From: Gemmatimonadota bacterium
Lineage (GTDB): Bacteria; Gemmatimonadota; Gemmatimonadetes; Gemmatimonadales; GWC2-71-9
DNA length: 64,000 nt
Direction of reading: 5' to 3'
Assembly (NCBI GenBank): GCA_041487875.1
Contig: JBGPOE010000006.1
Coordinates: 11,913-75,912 of the forward strand
Shown here: piece by piece, positions 11,716 to 22,645 of the stretch
Numbering within the stretch: position 1 is the stretch's first letter
Layout of the letters: every line of letters begins with the position of its first letter
Notes under the pieces: generated by a model
Told to the model about the DNA's origin: nothing
Databases searched by the model: none
The model's input: the letters and a program-made list of their open reading frames with translations, nothing else
Position numbers and translations under genes: made by a program

Positions 11716-12921
11716 TCAGTGCGTCAGGAAGTGGCCGAGCTTGTCGCGCTTGGTGTCGAGATAGGAGCGGTTCTCGTCCGACGGCGGCGGCACGATCGGC
11801 ACGCGCTCCACGATCTCCAAGCCGTAGCCCTCGAGCCCCACCAGCTTCATGGGATTGTTGGTCAGCACGCGGATGGACGACAGACCGAGGTCCAGCAGAA
11901 TCTGCGCCCCGATGCCATAGTTGCGCAGATCCGCCTTGAAACCGAGCTGCTCGTTGGCGGTGACGGTGTCGGCGCCCGCGTCCTGCAGCTCGTACGCCTT
12001 GAGCTTGTTGAGCAGGCCGATGCCCCGCCCTTCCTGGTCCAGGTAGACGATGACGCCGCCCTGTTGCTCGGCGATGGTGCGCATCGCGGCGTGCAGCTGC
12101 CAGCCGCAGTCGCAGCGCGCCGAGCCGAACACGTCGCCCGTGAGACACTTCGAATGCATGCGCACGAGCACATCGCGCCGCCCCGCCACCTCGCCGAACA
12201 CGAGGGCCACATGCTCCGCCTGGTCCACGTCATTGCGGTAGCCGATGACGCAAAACTCGCCGAACGGCGTCGGCAGCCGCGCCTCGGCAACCCGATGCAC
12301 CAACCGCTCTTTCGCCAACCGGTACTCCACGAGTTGCGCGACCGTGATGAACGCGAGGCCATGCTCGGCGGCGAAGCGCTCCAGCTCCGGCCGGCGCGCC
12401 ATGGTACCGTCGGCGCTCAGGATCTCGCAGATCACACCCGCGGGATAGAGGCCCGCGAGCCGCGCCAGGTCCATGCTCGCCTCGGTCTGGCCCACGCGCT
12501 GCAGCACGCCGCCCGGACGCGCGCGCAGCGGAAACACGTGCCCCGGCCGCCGCAGATCGGCGGGCACGGTCGCGGGATCGATGGCCACGTGGATCGTGGC
12601 GGCGCGATCGTGCGCCGAGATGCCCGTCGTCACGCCGAAGCGACGCGCCGCGTCGACGCTCACGGTGAACGCCGTCTCTTTGTCTTCGGTGTTGTGCTCC
12701 ACCTGCTGCGGCAGGCCCAGCGCCTGACAGCGCTCCGGCGTGAGCGTGAGGCAGATCAGCCCGCGCCCGTGCGTGGCCATGAAATTGATCATGTCCGCGG
12801 TGACCTGCTCGGCCGCGCCGACCAGGTCGCCCTCGTTCTCGCGGTTCTCGTCATCGGCCACGATGACGAGCTTCCCCGCGCGGATGTCCGCGATCGCCTG
12901 CTCTACCGTTCCGAACGGCAT
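11716..12921 (-). CDS. ribBA: Bifunctional 3,4-dihydroxy-2-butanone-4-phosphate synthase / GTP cyclohydrolase II
   Basis: ORF 11716..12921, 401 aa: [12 protein letters not shown] and [23 protein letters not shown]. Confidence 0.95.
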   Translation of the reverse strand: MPFGTVEQAIADIRAGKLVIVADDENRENEGDLVGAAEQVTADMINFMATHGRGLICLTLTPERCQALGLPQQVEHNTEDKETAFTVSVDAARRFGVTTGISAHDRAATIHVAIDPATVPADLRRPGHVFPLRARPGGVLQRVGQTEASMDLARLAGLYPAGVICEILSADGTMARRPELERFAAEHGLAFITVAQLVEYRLAKERLVHRVAEARLPTPFGEFCVIGYRNDVDQAEHVALVFGEVAGRRDVLVRMHSKCLTGDVFGSARCDCGWQLHAAMRTIAEQQGGVIVYLDQEGRGIGLLNKLKAYELQDAGADTVTANEQLGFKADLRNYGIGAQILLDLGLSSIRVLTNNPMKLVGLEGYGLEIVERVPIVPPPSDENRSYLDTKRDKLGHFLTH

Positions 12922-13499
12922 AGTTGTCTCACGTACTTGCCCAGCACGTCGCCTTCGACGTGCACCTTGTCACCCACCCGCAGCCGCCCCAGCGTCGTAT
13001 GCGCCCGCGTGAACGGAATAAGCGACACCTGCACATGCGACCGCGCCGGCAGCGCGTGCACCGTCAAGCTCACTCCGTCCACCGTGATCGAGCCGTGCGG
13101 GATCGACACCTCCCACACTTCGGTCGGCACCCGCAGGTCGTACAGCCACGCGTCGCCGCGGTGCTCCGCCCGCGCCACCACCGCTACACCATCCACGTGC
13201 CCTTGCACGAGATGACCGCCGAGACGATCCGCCGCGCGCACCGCGCGCTCGAGGTTCACTTGCCGGCCTGCTGTGTAGTCCCCGAGCAGCGTGCGGTCCC
13301 GCGTCGTCTCGATCACATGCACCGTGAATCCGCTCTTGCCGACTCGCTCCACGGTGAGGCAGGCCCCATTCACCGCGACGCTCTCACCCTGCTTCAGGCC
13401 TTTGAACGGCGCACGGATGGTGAGCGAGAATCCCGCCTCTCGCTTGCCGTTGCCCGTCGCCTTGACGGTCCCCACCGCGCTCACGATCCCGGTAAACAT
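12903..13499 (-). CDS. ribE: Riboflavin synthase
   Basis: ORF 12903..13499, 198 aa: [12 protein letters not shown]...VNGACLTV, with an internal duplication typical of the family. Confidence 0.93.
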   Translation of the reverse strand: MFTGIVSAVGTVKATGNGKREAGFSLTIRAPFKGLKQGESVAVNGACLTVERVGKSGFTVHVIETTRDRTLLGDYTAGRQVNLERAVRAADRLGGHLVQGHVDGVAVVARAEHRGDAWLYDLRVPTEVWEVSIPHGSITVDGVSLTVHALPARSHVQVSLIPFTRAHTTLGRLRVGDKVHVEGDVLGKYVRQLCRSER

Positions 13500-14554
13500 A
13501 GCCGCCTGTCCAAGACCAGTAATGTATCGGGGCCCAACGCCTTACGCTCCACCGCGATCCAGCGCGGCGCGTCGGGCAGCGGGTGGTCTGGCACGCCGGG
13601 AAAGGCCGGAATCGCGCCTTCGCCCAGCCAGACCGGGGCTTGCACCCAGTACAGCCGGTCCACCAGCGCCTCGGCGAGGAGCTTGGCGCCGAGTGCCCCT
13701 CCTCCTTCACATAACAGCGCGCGGATCCCGGCGGCTCGCAGCTCGCGCAGGCCGTCGGCGAGCGACGTGGAGCGGAACACGCGCACGCCGTTCTGCTCGA
13801 GCACCGACACGTTGCTGGCGGGTGCTTCGCGGCTCGCCACGACCCAGGTAGGCACGTCGCGCGCGGTCCGCACGAGGCCCGCCGAATCGTTCAACATGGC
13901 CCGCCGGTCGAACACCACGCGCACGGGCGGCACGCGCGGGACCACGGCGCCGCGCGCCGTCAGCGTCGGGTTGTCGCGCAGCGCCGTGGTGCCACCCACG
14001 CCGATCGCGTCGAACCCGGCGCGCAGCCAATGGACCCACTCGCGGGCCGCCTCGCCCGAGATCCAATGCGAGCCGCCCGTCCGGTCGGCGATGCGACCGT
14101 CGATCGACGTCGCGAGCTTGAGCGCCACGAACGGACGCTCGGCCTGCGCATGAAAAAAGAGGAAGGGGGCGTTGAGGGTGGCGGCCTGCTCGGCGCAGAC
14201 TCCCACCTCGGTGGCGATGCCGGCGCGGCGCAGCAGCTCGAGGCCGCCCTGCGCGGCGGGATCGGGGTCGCGCACGGCGGCCACCACTCGTGCCACGCGG
14301 GCCCGGATCAAGGCGTCGGTGCACGGCGGCGTCTTGCCGTGATGGGCGCACGGCTCGAGCGTGACGTACACGGTGGCACCGCGCGCGGCGGCGCCCACCC
14401 GCTCGAGTGCTGTGACTTCCGCGTGCGGGCCGCCGTATTCCGCGTGGAACCCCTCGCCCACCGCCTGGCCGTGCGCCACAACCACCGCGCCGACGAGGGG
14501 ATTCGGCGCGACGCGCCCCCAACCCCGCACGGCGAGGTCGAGGGCGCGCGTCAT
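13481..14554 (-). CDS. ribD: Bifunctional diaminohydroxyphosphoribosylaminopyrimidine deaminase / 5-amino-6-(5-phosphoribosylamino)uracil reductase
   Basis: 357-aa part of ORF 13481..14692 starting MTRALDLAVRGWGRVAPNPLVGAVVV. Zinc site HAEV...TLEPCAHHGKTPPC. The start (ATG 14552-14554) could lie a few codons upstream. Confidence 0.9.
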   Translation of the reverse strand: MTRALDLAVRGWGRVAPNPLVGAVVVAHGQAVGEGFHAEYGGPHAEVTALERVGAAARGATVYVTLEPCAHHGKTPPCTDALIRARVARVVAAVRDPDPAAQGGLELLRRAGIATEVGVCAEQAATLNAPFLFFHAQAERPFVALKLATSIDGRIADRTGGSHWISGEAAREWVHWLRAGFDAIGVGGTTALRDNPTLTARGAVVPRVPPVRVVFDRRAMLNDSAGLVRTARDVPTWVVASREAPASNVSVLEQNGVRVFRSTSLADGLRELRAAGIRALLCEGGGALGAKLLAEALVDRLYWVQAPVWLGEGAIPAFPGVPDHPLPDAPRWIAVERKALGPDTLLVLDRRLCLPGS

Positions 14555-14576
14555 CCACGCCCGGTCGTCGGGGCGT

Positions 14577-15530
14577 TCAGAAGGAGATACGGGCGCCGAT
14601 GCTCCCGAAGACATGCCCCGCCTTGGGGTCGAAGCTGCCGAAGCTCGAACGGGAGAATCCCTGGTCCTTGCCGGACTGCCAGCCGAGCTCACCCACGATT
14701 TTCAAGAGGACGAGGTTCATCCCCGCATCCGCGAACACCAGCTGGCGCGTGTTCTTGGGATTCACGTTGACCGTCTGCACGGTGATGTCCTGATAGCGAA
14801 TGCGGCCGGTCGACGAGTAGTGATCGAGGCCCAATCCCGCGGCCACGTCGAACAGCAGCAGCCGCATCCCCGCGACGGCGCGGATGTTGGTCGCGTCGAC
14901 CTCGGTGGCGAAGTCCATCGGGTCGCCCGCGGTCACGTCGCCGTACTGCAGGCGCGGCAGGTGACGGTGCATCCAGCTCACCGAGATCGAGGGGATGAGC
15001 AGGCTGCCCTTGATGATGCCGACGCGGGCGCCATAGCCTAGGCCGAGCGCGATCGAGCCGATCTTGGTGGCATTGGGATCGACCGACAGGTGGGCCACCT
15101 GGTTGGTGGGCAACAGCACCGCGGAACCGAGCGCGTCGATCGCGAGCAGGCCGCCCCCCATCCCGCGAAACACGCCGACGCTCGCTTCCACGACGGGGGC
15201 CGGCAGGTAGCCGTTGTAACTCGTCGCCACCGACGAGCCGCTGGTGAAGGCGCTGTCGGGGTTGGGCAGCGCCACCTTGGTAGCGTTGACGCGCGCCGTC
15301 AGTGAGATGTGCCCGAAGCCGCCGAGCGTGCCGGCCGTGCCGAGCACGGGGTTGCCGCCCGACACCACGATGCCAGCGAGCGGGCTGAACGCCTTCATCG
15401 CGTCCACGGCCGTGTTACAGGCGTTCTGGGCCGGCGTAGTGGTGGCACTGGCGCACTGGGGATCTCCCTGCGCGGCGAGCGGCGCAGCTGCGGCGCCCAG
15501 CAGGAACGTGATCAACGAGAGGTGACGCAT
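14577..15530 (-). CDS. Predicted outer-membrane beta-barrel protein (hypothetical)
   Basis: ORF 14577..15530, 317 aa. Signal peptide MRHLSLITFLLGAAAAPLAAQG, alternating beta-strand-like composition, and a C-terminal aromatic residue (GARISF). GGAGG lies 5 nt upstream of the ATG. Confidence 0.7.
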   Translation of the reverse strand: MRHLSLITFLLGAAAAPLAAQGDPQCASATTTPAQNACNTAVDAMKAFSPLAGIVVSGGNPVLGTAGTLGGFGHISLTARVNATKVALPNPDSAFTSGSSVATSYNGYLPAPVVEASVGVFRGMGGGLLAIDALGSAVLLPTNQVAHLSVDPNATKIGSIALGLGYGARVGIIKGSLLIPSISVSWMHRHLPRLQYGDVTAGDPMDFATEVDATNIRAVAGMRLLLFDVAAGLGLDHYSSTGRIRYQDITVQTVNVNPKNTRQLVFADAGMNLVLLKIVGELGWQSGKDQGFSRSSFGSFDPKAGHVFGSIGARISF

Positions 15531-15548
15531 ACGTCCTCCGGAAAGCGA

Positions 15549-16574
15549 TTAGCGCTCGAGGAAGCGCACGCGCGTTTCGCCCGCACGCACCTCGCCGATG
15601 AGCCACGCGGGGACCTGCGCCCGCGACGCGGCGGCGACGATCGCCTCCACGTCGTTGAGGGCGGCGACGGCGATCATGCCGACGCCCAGGTTGAACACCC
15701 GCCGCATTTCGCCCAGTGATACCCCGCCCGCGCGCATCAGCACCCGGAACACGTCCGGCCAGGGCCAGGCGCGCTGGTCCACCACGGCCTCGCACCCCTC
15801 GGGCAACACCCGCACGAGATTCCCGGCAATGCCGCCGCCCGTAATATGCGCCAGCGCGTGCACGCGCGAGAGCACCGGCGTCACGGCGGCCGCGTAGCTC
15901 TTGTGCACGTCGAGCAAGACCTGGGCCACGCTGCGTCCCGTGTCGGGAAACGGATCGCTCACGTCGAGCTGCATCTGCTCGAACACGATGCGGCGCGCCA
16001 GCGTGTACCCGTTGGTGTGCAGTCCGTTCGACGCGTAGCCGATCAGCACATCGCCCGCGCGCACGCGATCGCCGTGCAGCGCCTCGCTCTCCTCTACCAC
16101 CCCCACGATGGTGCCCGCGAGATCGTAATGCCCCGCCTGGTACAGATCGGGCAGCTGCGCCGTCTCGCCGCCCGCCAGGATCATGTCGTGCGCCTTGCAG
16201 CCGCGCGCGATCCCTGCGACCAGGGCGGCGGCGACGTCGGGCACGAGCGTCCCCGCGGCGATGTAGTCCTGAAACGCCAGCGGCTTGGCGCCGTGCACCA
16301 GGATGTCGTTGACCGAATGATTGACGAGATCCTCGCCCACTGTGTCGTGCACGCCCGCGCGCGCGGCGACGAGCACCTTGGTGCCGACGCCGTCGGTCGA
16401 GAGCACGAGTACCGGCCGCTTGTAACCGGGGGGCACGCGCACCATGCCGCCGAACGCGCCGACCTTGCCCAGGGCGAGCGCGGTGCGCGTGCCCGCCGCG
16501 AGCTGGGCGATGCGCCGCTTGGCTTCCTCCGCGGTGTCGAGGTTGACGCCCGCCTGCGCGTAGCGGTCGCTCAC
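15549..16574 (-). CDS. purM: Phosphoribosylformylglycinamidine cyclo-ligase (AIR synthetase)
   Basis: 341-aa part of ORF 15549..16589 starting VSDRYAQAGVNLDTAEEAKRRI, with STDGVGTKVLVA. GTG 16572-16574 overlaps the upstream stop (GTGA). Confidence 0.93.
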   Translation of the reverse strand: MSDRYAQAGVNLDTAEEAKRRIAQLAAGTRTALALGKVGAFGGMVRVPPGYKRPVLVLSTDGVGTKVLVAARAGVHDTVGEDLVNHSVNDILVHGAKPLAFQDYIAAGTLVPDVAAALVAGIARGCKAHDMILAGGETAQLPDLYQAGHYDLAGTIVGVVEESEALHGDRVRAGDVLIGYASNGLHTNGYTLARRIVFEQMQLDVSDPFPDTGRSVAQVLLDVHKSYAAAVTPVLSRVHALAHITGGGIAGNLVRVLPEGCEAVVDQRAWPWPDVFRVLMRAGGVSLGEMRRVFNLGVGMIAVAALNDVEAIVAAASRAQVPAWLIGEVRAGETRVRFLER

Positions 16575-17491
16575 GCGCCCGGCTCCCACACTTCGAACTG
16601 GGTGAGCTGCAGGAACGCCTGTACGCGCGCTTCGACGTCCGGCGCCGTGACTCGCTCGAAGCGCTGCACGCCGAACGCCTCCACAGCAAAGGAGCCCATC
16701 GCCGCGCCGTACACCATGGCGCGCCGCAGGCTCGGCTCCGACAGGTCACCGGTGCGCGCGAGATGCGCCATGAACCCGCCCGCGAACGCGTCGCCCGCGC
16801 CCGTCGGGTCGAACACCTCTTCCAACGGGTACCCCGGCACCTTGAACACGCGGTCCTTCTCGGCGAGCAGTGCGCCGTGCTCACCCTGCTTGATCACCAC
16901 CCGCGTCGGTCCGCGGCCCAGCACCCAGCGCGCGGCGCGGTAGATGTTCCAGTCGCCCGACAGCTCGCGCGCCTCGGAGTCGTTCAACATCAACACGTCG
17001 ATGTGCCGCAACAGCTCGAGCAGCACGTCGCGCTTGGACTGAATCCAATAGTTCATCGTGTCGCAGGCGACGAGCGTCGGCGCCGTCACCTGATCGAGCA
17101 CGCTGAGCTGCAGCTCGGGGTCGATGTTGCCCAGGAAGACGAATTTCGCAGCGCGGAAGGCGGCGGGAATGCTGGGCCGGAAATCCGCGAACACGCCGAG
17201 CCGCGTCTCGAGGGTCTCGCGACTCTGGAGGTCGTAGGAGTACTTCCCCTTCCACCGGAACGACTCGCCGGGCACGCGCGCCACGCCCGCGAGATCCACG
17301 CCGCGCCGGGCGAGGCGCTCCAGCTCGGCGAACGGATAGTCGGCGCCCACGACCCCCACCACCTGCACCGGGTGGAGCACGGCGCCCGCCACCGCGAAGT
17401 AGACCGCCGAGCCGCCCACCGTGTCAGCGGTCTGGCCGAACGGCGTGGAGACCGAGTCGAGGGCGATCGAACCAACCACGAGCAGTCCCAT
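16571..17491 (-). CDS. PfkB-family carbohydrate/nucleoside kinase
   Basis: 306-aa part of ORF 16571..17623 starting MGLLVVGSIALDSVSTPFG. C-terminal DPTGAGDAFAGGF motif of the ribokinase/PfkB family. Confidence 0.85.
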   Translation of the reverse strand: MGLLVVGSIALDSVSTPFGQTADTVGGSAVYFAVAGAVLHPVQVVGVVGADYPFAELERLARRGVDLAGVARVPGESFRWKGKYSYDLQSRETLETRLGVFADFRPSIPAAFRAAKFVFLGNIDPELQLSVLDQVTAPTLVACDTMNYWIQSKRDVLLELLRHIDVLMLNDSEARELSGDWNIYRAARWVLGRGPTRVVIKQGEHGALLAEKDRVFKVPGYPLEEVFDPTGAGDAFAGGFMAHLARTGDLSEPSLRRAMVYGAAMGSFAVEAFGVQRFERVTAPDVEARVQAFLQLTQFEVWEPGA

Positions 17492-17493
17492 CG

Positions 17494-19137
17494 CTACATC
17501 CGATCCGGCGCGCTGATGCCCAACAGCGCGAGCCCGTTGGCGAGCACCTGCCGCACGGCGCGGGCCAGGACGAGGCGCGCCGTCTCCTGCGGCTCTCCCA
17601 GCACGCGGTACTTGTGGTACCAACCGTGCGCCAGGCGGGCGAGGCCTTCGAGATAGCCCGTAATGCGATGCGGCTCGAGCGCGGCGGTGGCGCCCGCAAT
17701 CACGGCGGGAAAGTCCGCCAGCTCCTTCATCAATTCGAGCTCCTCAGGCTCCTCCAACAGCCCGAGATTGGCGCTCTCGGGCACGGCGCTCTCAGGCGGC
17801 CGTGCGGCGACACGAAAGATGCCGCTCATGCGCGCGTGCGCCATCTGGACGTAGAAGACCGGGTTCTCCTCCGTCTGGCTCTTGGCGAGATCCACATCGA
17901 ACACGAAGTGCGACTCGCTGCGGCGCATCAGGAAGAAGTAGCGCAGGGCGTCGCGCCCCACGTCGTCTACGAGCTCTCGCACGGTCATGTAGCTGCCGGC
18001 GCGCTTGGACACCTTCACTTCCTCGCCGCCCTTCATCACCGTGACCATCTGGTGCAGGACGTACTCGGGATAGTCGCGCGGGATGCCCATTGCCAGCGCC
18101 TGCAGGCCGATGCGCACCCGCCGGACGGTGCTGTGGTGGTCCGCGCCCTGCACGTTGATCGCCCGCCGGAAGCCCCGCTCCCACTTGGTGACGTGATACG
18201 CGACGTCCGCCACGAAGTACGTCCGCTCACCGCCCTTCGCCTCGCTCTTGCGCATCACGCGGTCTTTGTCGTCACCGAACTCGGTGGTGCGCAGCCACTG
18301 CGCGCCGTCTTCTTCGTAGGTATGACCCGCGGCGACCAGGCGCTGCACCGTGGCGTCCACTTTGCCCGTGGTGTACAAGGACGACTCGAGAAAATGGACG
18401 TCGAACTTCACACCGAACGCCTGGAGGTCACGGTCCTGCTCGTCGCGCAAAGCCGCGACCGCGAAGCGCCGCACCCCCTCGCGATCGGCACCGTCCGGGT
18501 CCGCAGGGTGCGCCGCCACATACCCCTCGGCGATCTCGCGGATGTACTCGCCGTGGTAGCCACCTTCCGGGAGCTCGACGGCGCGTCCGCGCCGCTCCTG
18601 GATCCGCGCCTGCACGCTCTGCGCGAGATTCATGATCTGCGTGCCGGTGTCGTTGTAATAGAACTCGCGGGTCACCCGCCAGCCCGTCCACTCGAGCAGC
18701 GAGGCAATGGCGTCGCCCAGCGCGGCCTGGCGGCCGTGTCCCACGTGCAGCGGGCCTGTCGGGTTCGCCGACACGAACTCCACGTTGACCGGCGCCGCAT
18801 GACCCACGTCGCTCTTGCCGTAGCTCGCGCCCGCCGCGATCACGGCGGGGAGAACGGCGTGCACGTGGCTGTCGGCGAGAAAGAAATTGATGAAGCCCGG
18901 GCCCGCGATTTCCGTCTTCTTGACGACGCCCGGCGGCAGCTCGAGGGCCGCCACCAGCTGCTCGGCCACGGCGCGCGGCTTGGCTTTCAGGATCTTGGCC
19001 AGCACCAGCGCGACGTTGGTCGCCACGTCGCCGTGCTGAGCTTCGCGCGGCCGTTCCAGCAGGACCTCGGGCGCGGGCGCGCCGAGCCGCTCCGCGGCCC
19101 GGCGGAGCGCCGCGCGGATCGTCTCCTGGGCCGTCAT
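17494..19137 (-). CDS. argS: Arginine--tRNA ligase
   Basis: ORF 17494..19137, 547 aa. HIGH-type motif ANPTGPLHVGHGR and full-length family resemblance. The ATG overlaps the upstream stop (ATGA). Confidence 0.95.
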   Translation of the reverse strand: MTAQETIRAALRRAAERLGAPAPEVLLERPREAQHGDVATNVALVLAKILKAKPRAVAEQLVAALELPPGVVKKTEIAGPGFINFFLADSHVHAVLPAVIAAGASYGKSDVGHAAPVNVEFVSANPTGPLHVGHGRQAALGDAIASLLEWTGWRVTREFYYNDTGTQIMNLAQSVQARIQERRGRAVELPEGGYHGEYIREIAEGYVAAHPADPDGADREGVRRFAVAALRDEQDRDLQAFGVKFDVHFLESSLYTTGKVDATVQRLVAAGHTYEEDGAQWLRTTEFGDDKDRVMRKSEAKGGERTYFVADVAYHVTKWERGFRRAINVQGADHHSTVRRVRIGLQALAMGIPRDYPEYVLHQMVTVMKGGEEVKVSKRAGSYMTVRELVDDVGRDALRYFFLMRRSESHFVFDVDLAKSQTEENPVFYVQMAHARMSGIFRVAARPPESAVPESANLGLLEEPEELELMKELADFPAVIAGATAALEPHRITGYLEGLARLAHGWYHKYRVLGEPQETARLVLARAVRQVLANGLALLGISAPDRM

Positions 19138-19418
19138 TTTTCGGGCGAGTCTTTCTTGGGCTTCGCTTCTGGCTTTGACTCGGGCTTAGACTCGGGCTTG
19201 GACTCTTTGGCCTCGGTGGGCTCCTTCTTCTCGCCGGCACGCTTGTAGTCGGTGATATAGAACCCCGAGCCTTTGAACACGAGCCCCGCCCCGCTCGAGA
19301 TGATGCGGGTGGCGCTCTTGCCGCACTTGGGGCAGCGGGTGCGCTTGGGGCCGGACATGGTCTGGGCGAACTTTTCGAACACGTGGCCCTGCGGGCAGCG
19401 GAACTCGTAGGTCGGCAT
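19134..19418 (-). CDS. FmdB-family zinc-ribbon protein with lysine/glutamate-rich repeat tail
   Basis: 94-aa part of ORF 19134..19439 starting MPTYEFRCPQGHVFEKF...RCPKCGK (CxxC...CxxC zinc ribbon). Tail is KESKPESKPESKPEAKPKK. The start at ATG 19416-19418 fits the promoter just upstream. Confidence 0.85.
   Translation of the reverse strand: MPTYEFRCPQGHVFEKFAQTMSGPKRTRCPKCGKSATRIISSGAGLVFKGSGFYITDYKRAGEKKEPTEAKESKPESKPESKPEAKPKKDSPEK
19165..19212. repeat. 12-nt tandem repeat inside the fmdB-family gene
   Basis: GACTCGGGCTTA GACTCGGGCTTG (19177-19200) is flanked by degenerate copies. It encodes the (KPES)n tail. The period is a multiple of 3. Confidence 0.8.
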
Positions 19419-19426
19419 CGCACAAC

Positions 19427-19455
19427 ATCTTAGCCGCACGCTCTAGCACGGTCAA
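19427..19455 (-). promoter_or_regulatory. Sigma-70-like promoter TTGACC-17-TAAGAT, 8 nt upstream of the fmdB-family ATG (leaderless-type)
   Basis: Minus strand reads CTTGACCGTGCTAGAGCGTGCGGCTAAGATGTTGTGCGATG. The -35 (19450-19455) overlaps the thioesterase TGA stop and the -10 is at 19427-19432. No Shine-Dalgarno. Confidence 0.6.
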
Positions 19456-19871
19456 GCAGAATCCTCAAAGAACCGCTCGTTCAGCGCGGGATCCATGCGG
19501 CGCGGGCGTCCGGTCGTGGGATCGACAGGGCACCACAGCGAGCGCGCCCGCGCGAGCACGCGCCCGTCCGCGGCGCGCAGCAGCTCCACGTGCCGTTCGT
19601 AGGTCGCCGCCGTGTTCTCCCCCACCCAGGTGCGCGCGATCACGCGGTCGCCCAGGCGGGCCGGGAGCTTGTAGTCGATCTCGTGGCGCAGCACGACCCA
19701 CGCGAGCGTCGCGCGCTCGGCTGCGGTGGTGGCGCGCGTCCAGTGCGCGCCCGCCACGTCCTGCACCCAGCGCAGGTAGACCACGTTGTTGACGTGACCC
19801 TGCTCGTCGATGTCTTGCGGCTGTACGTCGATCGTCTGCTCAAAGCGGGCGGGGCGGCGCCCGTCGGTCAC
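19452..19871 (-). CDS. Acyl-CoA thioesterase (4HBT/YbgC-like hotdog fold)
   Basis: 139-aa part of ORF 19452..20027 starting [38 protein letters not shown] 19869-19871 overlaps the upstream stop (GTGA). Confidence 0.82.
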   Translation of the reverse strand: MTDGRRPARFEQTIDVQPQDIDEQGHVNNVVYLRWVQDVAGAHWTRATTAAERATLAWVVLRHEIDYKLPARLGDRVIARTWVGENTAATYERHVELLRAADGRVLARARSLWCPVDPTTGRPRRMDPALNERFFEDSA

Positions 19872-20099
19872 TGCGGGGTCTCCGGCGCGCGCCGGTGGAG
19901 CTGGTAGCGGAGAGCGCCCGACGGGCAGCGCCCGATCTGCGCCGCCACGTCTTCGGGCGCCGCCAGCTCGGGCCGCACCCAATGCTTGCGCTGGACGTCG
20001 AACACGAGCGGCAGCCCGCGGACGCACACCCCCGTGTGCCGGCAGATGTTCGGATCGAACGTGACCGTGATGTCCGGTGTCTCGTAGACCTGCAACCGC

Positions 20100-20119
<20 letters not shown>
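19868..20119 (-). CDS. Divergent 4Fe-4S mono-cluster protein (YjdI/COG3592-like)
   Basis: ORF 19868..20119, 83 aa: [21 protein letters not shown]...RCPSGALRY matches the family pattern CxHxxxC...CPSGAL. Confidence 0.78.
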
Positions 20120-21643
<1,524 letters not shown>

Positions 21644-21647
<4 letters not shown>

Positions 21648-22645
21648 TTGAGCAGCTGGGTGGCGAACGCCACATCCGCCTTGCTGCCGATCACGAGCGG
21701 GGTCTTCTGGTGCAGCTCGAGGGGGACGATCCCGGAGATCGGCTTGCGGCCGTCGGTGGCGGCACCACCCGCCTGCTCCACCACCATGGCGAGGGGCGCC
21801 GCCTCGTACAGCAGGCGCAGTTTCCCCTGGGGCGAGCGGGAGTCGGCGGGATACATGAACACCCCGCCCGAGATCAGATTGCGGTGGAAGTCCGCCACGA
21901 GCGAGCCGATATAGCGCGCGTTCTTGGCTGCCATGGCGCCGTCGCCGTCCTTGAACGCCGCCGCCACGCGCTGCGCCGCGGGCGACCAGCGGTTCCAGTT
22001 GCTCTCGTTCACGCTGTAGTACCGCCCCACCTCGGGCGTCCGGATGTGGGCGTGCGACAGCAGGAACTCGCCGATCGTCGGGTCGAGGGTGAAGCCGTGC
22101 ACGCCCTGGCCCGTGGTGTAGACGAGCATCGTGCTGGAGCCGTACAGGATGTACCCCGCCGCCACCTGCTTGCGGCCGGGCTGCAGGCAATCGCGCTCCT
22201 GCGCCGGCGCGCTCTTCGGCGTGACGCGCTTGTGAATCGAAAAGATCGTCCCGATCGACACGTTGACGTCGATGTTGGCGGAGCCGTCGAGCGGATCGTA
22301 CAGCAGGACGTACTTACCGGCGGGCGTGTCGGCCGGCACGGGCACCGCGTGATCGTCTTCCTCGGAGGCCATGATGCAAATGCGCCCGGTGTGCTGCACG
22401 CTGTTGCGCACCGTCTCGTTGGCGAACAGGTCGAGCTTCTGCTGCAGATCGCCCGAGACGTTGACCGTGTCCAGTCCGCCGAGGATATCGCTCAGGCCGG
22501 CGCGGCGCACCTGGCGCGAGATGATCTTGGCGGCGAGGCAGAGATCGTAGAGCAGGTTGGACAGCTCCCCCGTGGCTTCCGGGTAGAGCCGCTCCTGCTC
22601 CATGATGAACCGCTCAATCGTGATGACCGATGTCGGTGAATGCAC
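21644..22645 (-). CDS. fbp: Fructose-1,6-bisphosphatase class 1
   Basis: ORF 21644..22645, 333 aa: [12 protein letters not shown] and [21 protein letters not shown]. The start may be a few codons downstream; as called, it overlaps the comEC 3' end. Confidence 0.93.

Noticed and set aside
14555-14692. N-terminal extension of ribD (ORF start at 14692) and a possible FMN riboswitch upstream of ribD.
   Set aside because: The extension is low-complexity (SSAGSPARTRDSPVRASAAS) and would overlap the 3' end of the OMP gene. The conserved RibD N-terminus begins near MTRALDLA. The remaining ~22-nt gap cannot hold a riboswitch.
17243-17256. CTTCCCC TTCCACC inside the PfkB kinase gene, considered as another heptamer tract.
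   Set aside because: It has only about 1.5 imperfect units, which is indistinguishable from chance in this composition.
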